Shown here: piece by piece, positions 51,763 to 62,381 of the stretch | How positions within the stretch are numbered: position 1 is the stretch's first letter | Layout: every line of letters starts with the position of its first letter | From: an uncultured Pseudomonadota bacterium | Lineage (GTDB): Bacteria; Pseudomonadota; Alphaproteobacteria; UBA9219 | Assembly (NCBI GenBank): GCA_903919315.1 | Contig: CAIXHP010000042.1 | Location: forward strand, 24,884 to 88,883 | DNA: 64,000 nt | Direction: 5' to 3' | Position numbers and translations under genes: made by a program | Notes under the pieces: generated by a model | Seen by the model: the letters and a program-made list of their open reading frames with translations, nothing else | Told to the model about the DNA's origin: nothing | The model's database searches: none

Positions 51763-52260
51763 TTAAAGACCGCCGCAGTCCACCGTCACAGGGGCGTAGC
51801 CTAACGTGGTGATAAAGCGGGCCAAATCCGCCGTGCGGATGGTGGTTGAGGCGGCGTTGTGCAGCGGGTGAAAGTTAACCGTCTCGCTTTGCATCAGGTC
51901 GCAGTCCAACACAACGCGCACGCGGCGGGCGGTGTCGTTGATGAGCGCGAAGGGCGTGACCGAACCGGGCGTGATCCCCAGAATGTCCAGCAGCAAATCC
52001 GGCTTGCCAAACGACAACCGCGCCGCCCCGACGCGCTTGGCCAGTTGGCCGATGTCGGCGCGTTTGTCAGCGGGCAAAACCGCCAGCCAAATCACATCTT
52101 TCTTGTCCTTCAGGAACAAATTCTTGCAGTGCAGTCCGGGGATTTTGTCGTGCCAGTCGCGCCCGTCCTCGACCGTGAACAGGGGCGGGTGCGTCACGGT
52201 GGCGTGAGGAATCCCCAGCTCGTCGAAATACGCGAACAACTGATCGGGTGTAGCGGGCAT
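51763..52260 (-). CDS. YbaK/ProX-type aminoacyl-tRNA deacylase (prolyl-tRNA editing domain)
   Basis: 165 aa with the HCKNLFLKDKK motif typical of the YbaK/ProX fold. Confidence 0.8.
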   Translation of the reverse strand: MPATPDQLFAYFDELGIPHATVTHPPLFTVEDGRDWHDKIPGLHCKNLFLKDKKDVIWLAVLPADKRADIGQLAKRVGAARLSFGKPDLLLDILGITPGSVTPFALINDTARRVRVVLDCDLMQSETVNFHPLHNAASTTIRTADLARFITTLGYAPVTVDCGGL

Positions 52261-52269
52261 GGGCGCAGT

Positions 52270-53325
52270 CTAAGCCGAGGCGACGGGCGCCCACAATATA
52301 TCTTCGATCCGCTCCGCCCCGGCGCAGAGCATCACGAGGCGGTCGAGGCCGAGCGCAATCCCGGCGGAAGGCGGCATGCCGTGGTCGAGCGCCGCCATGA
52401 AGTCCGCATCAATAGGAAACCGTTCGCCATAGATTTGTTCCTTTAAATCCATATCGGCCTGAAAACGGCGGCGCTGCTCGTTCGCATCCGTCAACTCGCC
52501 AAAGGCGTTGGCAATTTCATACCCGGCGATATAAAGCTCGAAACGCTCCGCGAGGCGCGGGTCTTCCGGCTTGGGCCGTGCCAGCGCCGCCATGCTGACG
52601 GGATAATCGCAGAGGAACATGGGATGATCTTTGCCGAGATACGGCTCGATCTTCTCCATCATCACGCGAAAAAATACATCGTCCCAACGGTCGTCTTCGG
52701 CCACGCGCAGACCTATGCGGCGGGCCTCGGCGGCCAACAGCGCCGTATCCGGCGCGAGAGGATCGGGGGCGGTGGCCAACAGGTCGATGTCGGCGTAACG
52801 GCGGAATGCTTCGGGGACGCTCAGCGTCTCCCAGTCGGCGAACGGATCGCAGGTCATGCCGTTGGCTGTGAAGGGGGCGCGGTCGCTCCGCGCCGCCAAA
52901 GCGCAAGCGCGTACCAGCGCCACGCAATCTTGCATCAAATCGCGCGTGTCGGCATGGGCGCGATACCATTCCAGCATGATGAATTCGGGATGGTGGCGGC
53001 TGGAGCGTTCGCCGTTACGATAAGCGTGGGCGAGCTGAAAGATACGCGGTTCACCCGCCACCAACAGCTTTTTCATCGCAAATTCGGGACTGGTGTGCAG
53101 ATACATCGTCTGCGCCGCACCGCCGTGTGGGTCGAGTAATTCGGTGCGAAAGGCTTGGAGGTGAACTTCGTTGCCGGGCGAGATTTGCAGCGCGGGCGTC
53201 TCCACCTCGGCAAAGTCCTGCGCGTCGAAATAGGCGCGCACGGCTTTCAAAACATTTTGGCGCACGCGCAAATGGGGTCGTCGTTGCGCGAAGCTGTGCG
53301 GATGCCACCAAGGAGCGGTTGTCAC
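52270..53325 (-). CDS. epmA: EF-P beta-lysylation ligase EpmA-like (truncated class II lysyl-tRNA synthetase paralog)
   Basis: Class II aaRS motifs (FRNE-like, GELTDANEQRRRF, GxAxGxDRLVM); 351 aa with no anticodon-binding domain. Confidence 0.75.
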   Translation of the reverse strand: MTTAPWWHPHSFAQRRPHLRVRQNVLKAVRAYFDAQDFAEVETPALQISPGNEVHLQAFRTELLDPHGGAAQTMYLHTSPEFAMKKLLVAGEPRIFQLAHAYRNGERSSRHHPEFIMLEWYRAHADTRDLMQDCVALVRACALAARSDRAPFTANGMTCDPFADWETLSVPEAFRRYADIDLLATAPDPLAPDTALLAAEARRIGLRVAEDDRWDDVFFRVMMEKIEPYLGKDHPMFLCDYPVSMAALARPKPEDPRLAERFELYIAGYEIANAFGELTDANEQRRRFQADMDLKEQIYGERFPIDADFMAALDHGMPPSAGIALGLDRLVMLCAGAERIEDILWAPVASA

Positions 53326-53332
53326 GGCGGGA

Positions 53333-53935
53333 TCAGAACCGATACTTCACGCCCATATTGAGCGTCTGAAGATCGACCGGTTGTTGGCCTCGGCCCGTGA
53401 AGATTTGGTCGCCGACCGGGGCGGTGAATCCCGCTTTGTAATCCAGCGACATGTTCCATTGTTCGCCGAGCCGATACGCAATGCCGCCGCTGAGGCGGAA
53501 CAACGGCACGGCCGCGCCGCTCGTCGCGCCGCCTTGCTGACCAAAAACCGCCATCCCGACACTGCCGCCGACATAGGGACGCAGCGACGAGGATTCGTCC
53601 GCGTCATAATTAAAGTCGTAGCTGCCGTCGATCAACAGAGCGTAGAGCCGCTGGTCGCCCTCTAACGCCGCTGCCGAACGGTCAAAATTCATATGATCGA
53701 TGCCCGATGTCTCGGCTCCCGAAGCGCGACCCGAAAACAGGCTGCTCGACAACGAAAAACCGCCATCCTTGCCGGAGTTCTCGTAAAGCGCTGTGCCGTT
53801 GGGCGCGGTCAATGCCTGTTGAAGGCCACGCGAATCCGTGCCGGATTCGGCATCAGCCGCACCCGCGCCGAGCATAACGCCAAGAAAGAACGCTCCGCTC
53901 AAAACGCTCCGACCTATATGTTGCCATCTGTTCAT
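53333..53935 (-). CDS. Small outer-membrane beta-barrel protein (OmpW/OmpA-like porin family)
   Basis: A signal peptide (MNRWQHIGRSVLSGAFFLGVMLGAGAADA), amphipathic strands and a C-terminal ...GVKYRF. Confidence 0.65.
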   Translation of the reverse strand: MNRWQHIGRSVLSGAFFLGVMLGAGAADAESGTDSRGLQQALTAPNGTALYENSGKDGGFSLSSSLFSGRASGAETSGIDHMNFDRSAAALEGDQRLYALLIDGSYDFNYDADESSSLRPYVGGSVGMAVFGQQGGATSGAAVPLFRLSGGIAYRLGEQWNMSLDYKAGFTAPVGDQIFTGRGQQPVDLQTLNMGVKYRF

Positions 53936-54162
53936 TGGGGATATCTGCATCTCAAAATTCCAACCGTGCCCCGACTTTATCACACGCGGCGGCCAAGCGG
54001 AAATCGTTGCTCCAGTCAAGTGTTTGTTAAGTATAACCGTCTAAGTATATGAAAAATAATGAACTAGCGCTGATTCGGAAGGTGCCGCCAGCGAACGAAT
54101 AGAGTCCGGGTGTGGTGAGTCGGTCACAAGGGCGGCTCGGTTGCGTCAGCCGTATCGTTCGA

Positions 54163-55041
54163 TCAATCCCGCAGCAATTCGTTGACCGAAGTCTTGGCCC
54201 GCGTCTTTTCGTCCACGCGTTTGACGATGACGGCGCAGGCGAGGGCGGGACCGGGTTCGCCGTTGGGGAGGGGTTTACCGGGGAGCGTGCCGGGCACCAC
54301 CACGGCATAGGCGGGAACGCGGCCTTGGAACACTTCGCCCGTGGCGCGGTCGATGATCTTGGTGGATGCGCCGATGAAAACGCCCATCGACAAAACGGCT
54401 CCGGTTTCGACGATGACACCTTCGGCGACTTCGGAACGTGCGCCGATAAAGCAGTTGTCTTCGATGATGACCGGATTGGCCTGCAATGGCTCCAACACCC
54501 CGCCCAGCCCGACGCCGCCGGAGATGTGGCAGTTACGCCCCACCTGAGCGCACGACCCGACGGTGGCCCATGTGTCGATCATCGTCCCTTCGCCGACATA
54601 CGCGCCGACATTGACGAAGGAAGGCATCAGCACCGCGCCGGACGCGATAAAGGCCGAGCGCCGCACGACGCAGTTAGGGACGGCGCGGAATCCGCCGTGA
54701 ACGAAGCGCGCGTCGTTCCAACCTTCAAACTTGGACGGAACCTTGTCCCACCACGCCGTGGCCATGTTGGCGTTCATCACCGGCCCGCCCGTGATCAGGC
54801 TGGAGTCGTTGAGGCGGAAAGAGAGCAAGATAGCCTTTTTCAACCATTGATGCACCACCCACTGGCCGTCCACTTTCTCGGCGACCCTCAGGCGGCCCTC
54901 GTCCAGCTCGGTCAGCGCGAGGTCAACCGCCTCGCTGATCGCGCCCTGCGTGATCGCCGACAGATTGGCGCGTTGTTCCCAGGCTTCGTCGATGATGGCG
55001 GGCAGTTTGTTGGGGTGCATAATGGGCCTCTGTGGTTGCAA
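54163..55041 (-). CDS. dapD: 2,3,4,5-tetrahydropyridine-2,6-dicarboxylate N-succinyltransferase
   Basis: Left-handed beta-helix hexapeptide repeats and the DapD N-domain. The start could be M8. Confidence 0.9.
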   Translation of the reverse strand: MQPQRPIMHPNKLPAIIDEAWEQRANLSAITQGAISEAVDLALTELDEGRLRVAEKVDGQWVVHQWLKKAILLSFRLNDSSLITGGPVMNANMATAWWDKVPSKFEGWNDARFVHGGFRAVPNCVVRRSAFIASGAVLMPSFVNVGAYVGEGTMIDTWATVGSCAQVGRNCHISGGVGLGGVLEPLQANPVIIEDNCFIGARSEVAEGVIVETGAVLSMGVFIGASTKIIDRATGEVFQGRVPAYAVVVPGTLPGKPLPNGEPGPALACAVIVKRVDEKTRAKTSVNELLRD

Positions 55042-55214
55042 CCTACAGAATTACCCTAAACAAAGTAGGGAGTGAATGGATATTTTTTGCGTCACATGAA
55101 CAAAGAGATTGGTCAATCAAGACGATGGAGCGTAAACCTGATCGGTTGTGCTAGTATCAGCAAAGCTTTGGCCTAGGCCAGTCTCGCTTTCTCCTCTTAG
55201 AAAAGGGTTCAGCC

Positions 55215-55823
55215 ATGCGGGTAACACTCATCAGCGGCAGTCACCGCCAGCAGTCGCAGTCGGCGCGTGTGGCGGTCTATTTGGCGGCGCGGTTGTCGGC
55301 CCTCGAAGCGGGTACCACCACCGACATCATCGACCTCGTGGGCAATCCGTTGCCGTTGTGGGACGAGAGCGCGTGGCAGCCGGACAGCGGCCTGACGAAA
55401 CAATGGGCTCCCTATGGCGAGCGCCTCGCCGCCGCCGAAGGTCTGGTCGTCGTCGCGCCGGAGTGGCATGGCATGGTGCCTTCGGGACTCAAGAATTTCC
55501 TTTTGTTCGCGTCGGGCCGCGAAGTCGGGCACAAACCCGCGTTGATCGTCGGCGTGTCCTCCAGTCGCGGCGGAGCCTATCCGGTGAATGAATTGCGCAC
55601 CAGCGGCTATAAAAACAACCGCCTCTGCTTTATTCCCGAACATCTCATCGTGCGCGATGCCGAGACCATGTTTGTGGGCGACGCGCCTTCCGGCAAGGAC
55701 GACGCGTATTTGCGTGGACGCGCCGATTTTGCGCTGCGGGGACTTCTGGCCTATGCTCAAGCCCTCAAGGCCATGCGCGACAGCCATGTGCTGTTCGACA
55801 AGCAATACCCCTATGGAATGTGA
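55215..55823 (+). CDS. NAD(P)H-dependent FMN reductase (flavodoxin-like fold)
   Basis: The SGSxRxxSxS N-terminal motif and an NADPH-dependent FMN reductase pattern; 202 aa. Confidence 0.8.
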   Translation: MRVTLISGSHRQQSQSARVAVYLAARLSALEAGTTTDIIDLVGNPLPLWDESAWQPDSGLTKQWAPYGERLAAAEGLVVVAPEWHGMVPSGLKNFLLFASGREVGHKPALIVGVSSSRGGAYPVNELRTSGYKNNRLCFIPEHLIVRDAETMFVGDAPSGKDDAYLRGRADFALRGLLAYAQALKAMRDSHVLFDKQYPYGM

Positions 55824-55837
55824 TCGATTGAACCGCC

Positions 55838-56482
55838 ATGATCATCCTCGGCATTGATACCGCTGGCCACGCTTGCTCTGTTTGCGTCTGGCGCGACGGC
55901 ATGACTCTCGCGCACGCCGAGGAGCGGATGGAGCGCGGACAGGATGCCCGCCTCGTTCCGCTCGTCCTTGAAGTCATGGCGCAAGCCGGAGTTGATTTCG
56001 CCCAACTGGATCGCATCGCCGTCACGCGCGGCCCCGGCAGCTTTACGGGCTTGCGTATCGGCTTGTCCACGGCGCGGGGTTTTGCTCTGGCGGCGGACAA
56101 GCCCGTGATCGGGATCAGCCGCTTCGCCGTTTACCACGCGCAGCGAAAGGCCAACCCCGCGCCCTATCTCATCGTCCTCGACTCCAAACGGCAGGAGCTG
56201 TTCTGCCAAACGGGAGCGCAGGAGCCTTGCATGCTGCTGCCTGACGTTGTGGCGGTGCTGCTGCGGGCGCAACCGGACATGGTCGTGGTCGGCGACGCGG
56301 CGGCGTTGCTGCGCGAGCATCTGCCGGAGACAACCGTGTTCGCGCCGTTGACGGAGCCTGAAGTCGTCACGGCGGCGGCGTTGGCGGCCTCGGCAGCGGT
56401 GGACGATACCGAACACCTGCCGCGACCCCTGTACCTGCGCGCGCCGGATGTCACGGTGGCCAAAGCGCGGGGCGTGGCATGA
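55838..56482 (+). CDS. tsaB: tRNA t6A biosynthesis protein TsaB (YeaZ)
   Basis: ILGIDTAG...VTRGPGSFTGLRIG. Confidence 0.85.
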   Translation: MIILGIDTAGHACSVCVWRDGMTLAHAEERMERGQDARLVPLVLEVMAQAGVDFAQLDRIAVTRGPGSFTGLRIGLSTARGFALAADKPVIGISRFAVYHAQRKANPAPYLIVLDSKRQELFCQTGAQEPCMLLPDVVAVLLRAQPDMVVVGDAAALLREHLPETTVFAPLTEPEVVTAAALAASAAVDDTEHLPRPLYLRAPDVTVAKARGVA

Positions 56483-56937
56483 GCGACATTCTGGATGCTG
56501 AACTCATCCACGCGCCGCAAATGGCCGAACTCCACGCCGAGAGCTTCGGCTCCGAAAGCTGGAGCCTCGACCAGTTTCGCGGCAGTCTCGCGCTCGCCAC
56601 GACTCGCGGATGGGTGACGCGGGACGGGCCTGCCTATACGGGGTTCATCCTGTGTCAGGTGACGGCGGGCGAGGGCGATGTCCTCACCCTTTGCGTCCGG
56701 CCCGGATGGCGGCGGCAGGGTGTGGGCGAACGGCTCCTTCGCCATGCGCTGGAGCATTCTTTCACCGGAGCGGGAACCTATCACCTCGAAGTCGCCTTCG
56801 ACAACGCCGCCGCGCGGCGGCTGTACGAACGTTGCGGCTTCGCCGTAACCGCGACGCGGCGCGGCTATTACCGGCGCGGCGCGGTGCTGGTGGACGGCGT
56901 GAGCTATCGCTGGCAAGGCGCTGGAATGCGGGCCTGA
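56479..56937 (+). CDS. rimI: Ribosomal-protein-alanine N-acetyltransferase (GNAT)
   Basis: RRQGVGERLL acetyl-CoA motif. The tsaB-rimI linkage is conserved. Confidence 0.8.
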   Translation: MSDILDAELIHAPQMAELHAESFGSESWSLDQFRGSLALATTRGWVTRDGPAYTGFILCQVTAGEGDVLTLCVRPGWRRQGVGERLLRHALEHSFTGAGTYHLEVAFDNAAARRLYERCGFAVTATRRGYYRRGAVLVDGVSYRWQGAGMRA

Positions 56938-57021
56938 ACGGGCAGGCGAGGGGGGCGATTGTTTGCGACCATGTTTCTGTTATAAACATCTGCAACCGCC
57001 AACCTTAACCCCCGATCTATC

Positions 57022-57975
57022 ATGCAAGTCCTAGATTTCGAAAAACCCGTCGCCGAGCTTGAGTCCAAGATCGAAGAGCTGCGGCATTTGTCCGACGGCG
57101 GGCGCGTCAACATCGCGGACGAGGTCGGCAAGCTGCAAGACAAGGTCGAGCGCCAACTGCGCCACATCTATGCCAAGCTCACACCGGCGCAAAAGGTGCA
57201 GGTGGCGCGTCACACCGACCGCCCCCATTGCCTCGACTACATCCGCGAACTGGTGACGGACTTCACCCCGCTGGCGGGCGACCGGAACTTTGCCGAGGAT
57301 CAGGCGATCATCGGCGGGCTGGGGCGGCTTTTGGGCCAGCCCTGCGTGCTGATCGGGCAAGAGCGCGGCCACGACACCGACAGCCGCATCAAACACAATT
57401 TCGGCATGGCGAAGCCCGAAGGCTATCGCAAGGCCCAACGCCTGATGAAACTGGCGGCGCAATTCGACCTGCCCATCATCACCTTTGTCGACACGGCGGG
57501 CGCGTTCCCCGGCGTGGAGGCCGAAGCGCGCGGCCAAGCCGAAGCGATTGCGCGTTCCATCGAAGTCTGCTTGTCGGTCGAAGTGCCGCTGGTGGCGTGC
57601 GTGATCGGCGAAGGCGGCTCCGGCGGCGCGATTGCCATCGCGGCGGGCGACCGAGTCCTCATGCTGGAACACGCGATCTATTCGGTGATTTCCCCCGAAG
57701 GCTGCGCCTCGATCCTATGGCGCAGCGCGGCCAACGCGGCGGACGCGGCGGCGGCCCTCCGCCTCACGGCGCAAGACCTGCACCAATTGGGCGTGATCGA
57801 CCAGATCATCGCCGAACCGCTAGGCGGCGCGCACCGCCAGCCCAAGCAAATGATCCAGTCCGTCGGCGAAGCCATCCTCCAACACCTCGCCGAACTCACC
57901 CCCCTCGACGGCAAAGCCCTGCTGGAACAACGGCATGCAAAGTATCTGGCAATGGGGAAGAAGGGCTTGCAGTAA
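57022..57975 (+). CDS. accA: Acetyl-CoA carboxylase carboxyltransferase subunit alpha
   Basis: [11 protein letters not shown] at the N-terminus and [19 protein letters not shown]. Confidence 0.92.
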   Translation: MQVLDFEKPVAELESKIEELRHLSDGGRVNIADEVGKLQDKVERQLRHIYAKLTPAQKVQVARHTDRPHCLDYIRELVTDFTPLAGDRNFAEDQAIIGGLGRLLGQPCVLIGQERGHDTDSRIKHNFGMAKPEGYRKAQRLMKLAAQFDLPIITFVDTAGAFPGVEAEARGQAEAIARSIEVCLSVEVPLVACVIGEGGSGGAIAIAAGDRVLMLEHAIYSVISPEGCASILWRSAANAADAAAALRLTAQDLHQLGVIDQIIAEPLGGAHRQPKQMIQSVGEAILQHLAELTPLDGKALLEQRHAKYLAMGKKGLQ

Positions 57976-58035
57976 GGCGTTCAGGCGAACGATAGCGAGC
58001 GCATGAAACTTGAAGCTCAAAAACACCCACAAAAA

Positions 58036-58076
58036 CGTCATCATCCCCGCCTTCGCGGGGATGATGACGTTTTATA
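58036..58076 (+). terminator. Intrinsic terminator: perfect 15-bp stem (CGTCATCATCCCCGC-CTTC-GCGGGGATGATGACG) followed by TTTTAT
   Basis: Read directly. It shares the ATCCCCGC...GCGGGGAT core with the 21974..22087 element. Confidence 0.8.
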
Positions 58077-58198
58077 ACTTGTTGTGAAAAAACGGTGTTT
58101 CGTTGAGCTTGAATAATTTATTCCGTTTTGACCCGATTCTAGTAGATGTTAGCTTCGTGCTCTGGGTGGCGTATAGAACTTCTGTTGGGAGATGCCTC

Positions 58199-59086
58199 AT
58201 GTGTTCAGTTCCATCTCGTTGGTCTACTTTCGTTGTTCTGGCAGCGGTCGTTTCTTTGGGCAGCTATTGGCTTGGGCATCAGATGACCAGTAGCGAAGCC
58301 AAGGCTACACAACAGGCGAGTGTGCTTGATCGGGTTAAAAACTCGAAAAAGTTACGGTGCGCTTATTGGCTCTGGCCGGAGCTGATAGAGCGCAATCCAA
58401 ACACAGGGGCCATGAGTGGCGTGTTTGTTGACTTGATCGATAAAGTTGGTGAAGCGCTGAATGCCCAAGTTCTTTGGGAATCCGAAGCGACAATGGATGA
58501 TTTTGTAACGCTGGTGGATTCTGGGAAAGTCGACGCAATTTGTGGGCCGCTTATCCCTGCGGCTTTCTTGAGGCCTAGCGCAAAATTTGCTGCGCCAGTC
58601 TTATATGCAAGCTTTGATGTTTATGTTCGTTCAAGTGAGGCTCGCTTCAATGATTCACGAGAGTCATTGAACGCGCCTGGAGCAACAATTTTATCGCTTG
58701 ATGGTTCCGCCGCGCGCTATTTCGCTACAACAGTTTTCCCAGCAGCGCATCAGAATAGTTTGCCTGCCGTATTAGGAGCAGGACAGGTTCTTCTCGACGT
58801 AAAAGACGGAAAAGCCGATGCGACTGTTTCGGAGCAGCTAACGGCGGGGCGCTTTCTTGATCACAATCCAGGATCGTTACGTCAACTTCGTTGGGCCAAT
58901 CAACCTCTCGTTACGCTCGGTGTGACGCCATTTGTGACAAAAACGGATGATGTCGTATGGTCAAGTACATTGAATGCAATTATACAAGACCTCTTGGATT
59001 TTGGGGTTGTGGAGCAGGTTTTCTCAAAACACGCGCTTATAGCAGGAAAACACTATCAGCCGATTGTGCGTCCATACCAGCAATAG
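58199..59086 (+). CDS. Family-3 solute-binding-domain protein (PBPb/SBP_bac_3-like), secreted
   Basis: The track ORF starts at 58103. The likely start is M33, preceded by GGAGA. There is a signal/anchor segment (WSTFVVLAAVVSLGSYWLG). It lies in a low-GC islet with no cognate ABC genes adjacent. Confidence 0.65.
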   Translation: MCSVPSRWSTFVVLAAVVSLGSYWLGHQMTSSEAKATQQASVLDRVKNSKKLRCAYWLWPELIERNPNTGAMSGVFVDLIDKVGEALNAQVLWESEATMDDFVTLVDSGKVDAICGPLIPAAFLRPSAKFAAPVLYASFDVYVRSSEARFNDSRESLNAPGATILSLDGSAARYFATTVFPAAHQNSLPAVLGAGQVLLDVKDGKADATVSEQLTAGRFLDHNPGSLRQLRWANQPLVTLGVTPFVTKTDDVVWSSTLNAIIQDLLDFGVVEQVFSKHALIAGKHYQPIVRPYQQ

Positions 59087-59261
59087 TGCGGCAACAATGA
59101 TGGGATCCATCTTTGTGGAATTGTGGAACCGGCTCAGCAGGGTCTATTTGCAGGCGAGATATCTGTCGCGGGTGCGCCCCGGAATCGTCGTCGAATCTGC
59201 AGACATCTTTCCGGCTGTTTGCTAGACTGTTGTGTACATTTTTCTGAGAGAGGGAAGACAC

Positions 59262-59933
59262 ATGCAAAGCGCATTGCGGTTTTCGGTTGTGGCTGTGGTT
59301 GCGGCTCTGTTGGCCGTTCCGGTTTTGGCTAAGGATGAAGCGCCTGCCCAGCCCGCGAATGTTCTGGCGGTTATCAAGAGCCATAAGGAACTTGGCAAAT
59401 TCGCGGACCTGATCGACTCGGCGGGTCTTGAGGATATGTTCAAGGATAAGGGCAACGTTATTACGGTCTTTGTCCCGACCGACGAGGCGATGGGCAAGAT
59501 GTCGGCCGACGTGGCCAAGCGCATCAAGACGGACAAGGCTCATACGCAAAGCTTTGTCAAATATCACGCCATCACGGGCAGTCAGGTCTTCGCGGGCAGC
59601 ATCCGCAACCGCCGCGCTTCGCCCAGCTCCGCGAGCGGGGAGTCCCTGAGCTTTGACGGAATTGGTGGCACGCCTAAGGTGAATACCGCGCATCTGGTTA
59701 TGCCGGATTTGCAGGCTCCCAACGGTGTCGTCCATATTATCGATGCAGCTTTGGTTCCGCCGTCTTTCACTGAACCGCCTGCCGCCAAGGAGCCCGTGGC
59801 AGCATCGCCGACCGCTGCGGGGATGGAGAAAGATTTTACGCAGGAGAACGCGGCTGCGCCTTCTGCTCCGGCAGGTGCGCCGCAGGCCGAAAAGTCGCCG
59901 AGCACGGGATGGAAGAAAATCTTCGGCTGGTGA
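59262..59933 (+). CDS. Secreted fasciclin (FAS1) domain protein with a Pro/Ala-rich C-terminal tail
   Basis: A signal peptide (MQSALRFSVVAVVAALLAVPVLA). The FAS1 motifs are TVFVPTDEA and NGVVHIIDAALVP. The start is M11 of the track ORF. Confidence 0.75.
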   Translation: MQSALRFSVVAVVAALLAVPVLAKDEAPAQPANVLAVIKSHKELGKFADLIDSAGLEDMFKDKGNVITVFVPTDEAMGKMSADVAKRIKTDKAHTQSFVKYHAITGSQVFAGSIRNRRASPSSASGESLSFDGIGGTPKVNTAHLVMPDLQAPNGVVHIIDAALVPPSFTEPPAAKEPVAASPTAAGMEKDFTQENAAAPSAPAGAPQAEKSPSTGWKKIFGW

Positions 59934-60299
59934 TCAGCCTTCTTTGCTTTTCTTGTTGAGGACGTAAAGCAGCTTGGCTTGCGCGATGCGTTGCAGGTCA
60001 TGGCGGCTGGCGTTGACGCGCCCCTGAACCACGACTTCGGTTCCTGTCCGCGCGTCGATGGCGGTGACGCGCATGGACGTGCCAATCGCGGTGAATTCAA
60101 ACAGGATGTCGCGCCTGTCATCGCTGTCCCCGGGGCATCCCACGCGGCTCTCCCTTTGCTAAGAATCAACGCCGCGACGATACCACGGTCAGGAATAGGT
60201 GTTAACGAGAAGTGAGGGGAGGAAAGCTGTATCCCAAGAAACGACGGTCGAGCGCCTAGTGAGGGGCTTCAATCCTACAAATGCGAACCACCGTCCGCG

Positions 60300-62372
60300 T
60301 CACACAAGAATCTTGTTTCTTGGGCCGTCCGCGAGGATTCGGGATTGTCCGATGACCAGAATGCGGTCGCAGATGGACAGGATGTTTCGGCTGTGCGTGC
60401 TTACGAGGACTGTCGAATGTCCGCTCATCCTCGCGATTTGCTGCGACAGATGCGCTTCGAGCGAGGCATCAAGGCCATTGGTCGGCTCATCAAGCAGGAG
60501 GAGGGGGGGGCGGGTGAGCATGGCTCTTGCCAAGGCGACAAGTTGACGTTGCCCGCCGGAAAGATTTGCGCCGCGCGCTCCTACGTCCGTCGTCCAGTTG
60601 AGCGAGCCCTCGTTGAAAATACGCAGCAAACCGGACGACAGCAAAACATCCTGCCGGATTTCCGGGGAGAGGATCTCGCGGCCCGCGCAGACATTATCCT
60701 CAACTGTGCCACTAAGCAGGCAACAATCCTGTGGTTTAAAACCGAGATTTTGTGAAATGTCTTCGGGCGAGAGGCGCTCCAGCGGAATGTTATCAATCAG
60801 GATCTTGCCTTCGTCAGGCTGGATGATGCCAGCGAGAAGCCTTAGCAGCGTCGTTTTTCCTGCGCCTGGCGCACCGGCAATTCCGACGATTTCGCCGGGG
60901 CGCAGGTTGAGGCTGACGTTATCCAGAACGGGCATATCGCCTTTTCTTAACCGGCACGTTACTCTATCAAAACACACGGAGCCTTGCAGAACGCCGTGCG
61001 ATTTGACGGAGGTCGTGTGATGCGATGCCGGGACGATGTGACTGAGTTCCCGCAGTGCCGTGCGAAACTCGCGATAGCGAACAATGAGCGTGGAAATTGA
61101 GGAAAAATTGCCCATCGTGCGCGACGTTAGCATGGATGACGCCAACAATCCGCCTGAGGTCAGCGTGTGCGCTTCGACCATATAGACGCCGCCAGCCAAA
61201 ATGGCGATGAAGGAGACGTAAGATACACTGGTTGAGATCGAGAATCCTACGCCGCGCCAATAACGGGATTTGCTTGACGCTTGAACAGACGACACACTGG
61301 CGTGACGCCAACGTTCGGCAAGCTGATGGCGCATGGCGCCGCCGATGATGGCCTCTCGCGATGTTAAAATGTCGGCTATGAGCCCGAGGCGGCGTTCGCT
61401 TGCTACGCGGGATTGGCGTTCGTAATCCAGCGCCGGAATGGTCAACAGTAGGCTGGACACCAACATGACCAGCCCGGATACGGCTGCAACCAGTACGAGC
61501 GGCCCCGCAATAAAGGCGATCGTGAAGAGAAAAAAGAAAAGAAAGGGAATGTCGGCAAGGGCCAGCAGATAGGAAGAGGAGAGAAAGTCGCGAAACGATA
61601 AGATCTGTTTGTACTTCTCTAACAGGCCGCCGATGCTCGGTAACTTATGGGCGCTGATGCCGAGAAGATTGCGGAACATGGTGTGGTCGATATCGACTTC
61701 GCTCCCGATGGCGAAGCGTTCGGCAATGGCTACGCGGACGATTTTCACGCAGAACTCGATACCGATAACGATCATAATCCCAATGACGAGAGCCCAAAGG
61801 GTTTCCGTGATTCCGTTTCCGAGGATCTTGTCGTACACGAAGCAACTGAAAAGCGGCAGCGTGAGGGCGAAAAGATTGACCACCGTCGCGGCGAGAAACA
61901 GATCAACAAAGTGACCCTTGTACCGGCGCAAAAATGGCGCGACAGAGTTCAGGCTCGTCGTGTTTTCGGAAAGAACCCAGGCGTGGTCGACGGACTGCAG
62001 AATTTCTGTTCCAACGGGGACGGCAGGTTCTCCCGGCGCGGCGAGTCGTACGATTCCGGAGTCGCCTTTGCCCCGAACGGCCAACCAGAAACCGTCATCG
62101 AGTTTTAGCACAGCCCCCAACATATCGGCGGTCGAGGGAATGGTGTGGTTGATGAGTGAAACACTTTTCAGACTAAAGCCGTTGTCGCGCAGGTAGCGCG
62201 CCAGTTGGCGCAGGGATTTTATGGCGGAAAGATCGTCATGAAAACCGACGGCTCTTAAAAGCGCGGAGGCTGCGCAGCGCCAGTCGGGTTGCGGCAACCC
62301 GTCGGCAAAAACGTCCGTGTCCGATGTGTCGGCATAGTCGGCATCGGATCGAAGGGATAACTGCGTGGACAT
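60300..62372 (-). CDS. Type I secretion system ABC transporter (HlyB/PrtD family) with an N-terminal C39-like domain
   Basis: 690 aa. An N-terminal roughly 130 aa has C39-peptidase-like character (DWRCAASALL). Then six transmembrane helices and an ABC domain (GAPGAGKTT, LSGGQRQ, LLLLDEPTNGLD). Confidence 0.88.
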   Translation of the reverse strand: MSTQLSLRSDADYADTSDTDVFADGLPQPDWRCAASALLRAVGFHDDLSAIKSLRQLARYLRDNGFSLKSVSLINHTIPSTADMLGAVLKLDDGFWLAVRGKGDSGIVRLAAPGEPAVPVGTEILQSVDHAWVLSENTTSLNSVAPFLRRYKGHFVDLFLAATVVNLFALTLPLFSCFVYDKILGNGITETLWALVIGIMIVIGIEFCVKIVRVAIAERFAIGSEVDIDHTMFRNLLGISAHKLPSIGGLLEKYKQILSFRDFLSSSYLLALADIPFLFFFLFTIAFIAGPLVLVAAVSGLVMLVSSLLLTIPALDYERQSRVASERRLGLIADILTSREAIIGGAMRHQLAERWRHASVSSVQASSKSRYWRGVGFSISTSVSYVSFIAILAGGVYMVEAHTLTSGGLLASSMLTSRTMGNFSSISTLIVRYREFRTALRELSHIVPASHHTTSVKSHGVLQGSVCFDRVTCRLRKGDMPVLDNVSLNLRPGEIVGIAGAPGAGKTTLLRLLAGIIQPDEGKILIDNIPLERLSPEDISQNLGFKPQDCCLLSGTVEDNVCAGREILSPEIRQDVLLSSGLLRIFNEGSLNWTTDVGARGANLSGGQRQLVALARAMLTRPPLLLLDEPTNGLDASLEAHLSQQIARMSGHSTVLVSTHSRNILSICDRILVIGQSRILADGPRNKILV

Positions 62373-62381
62373 GCGCGACTA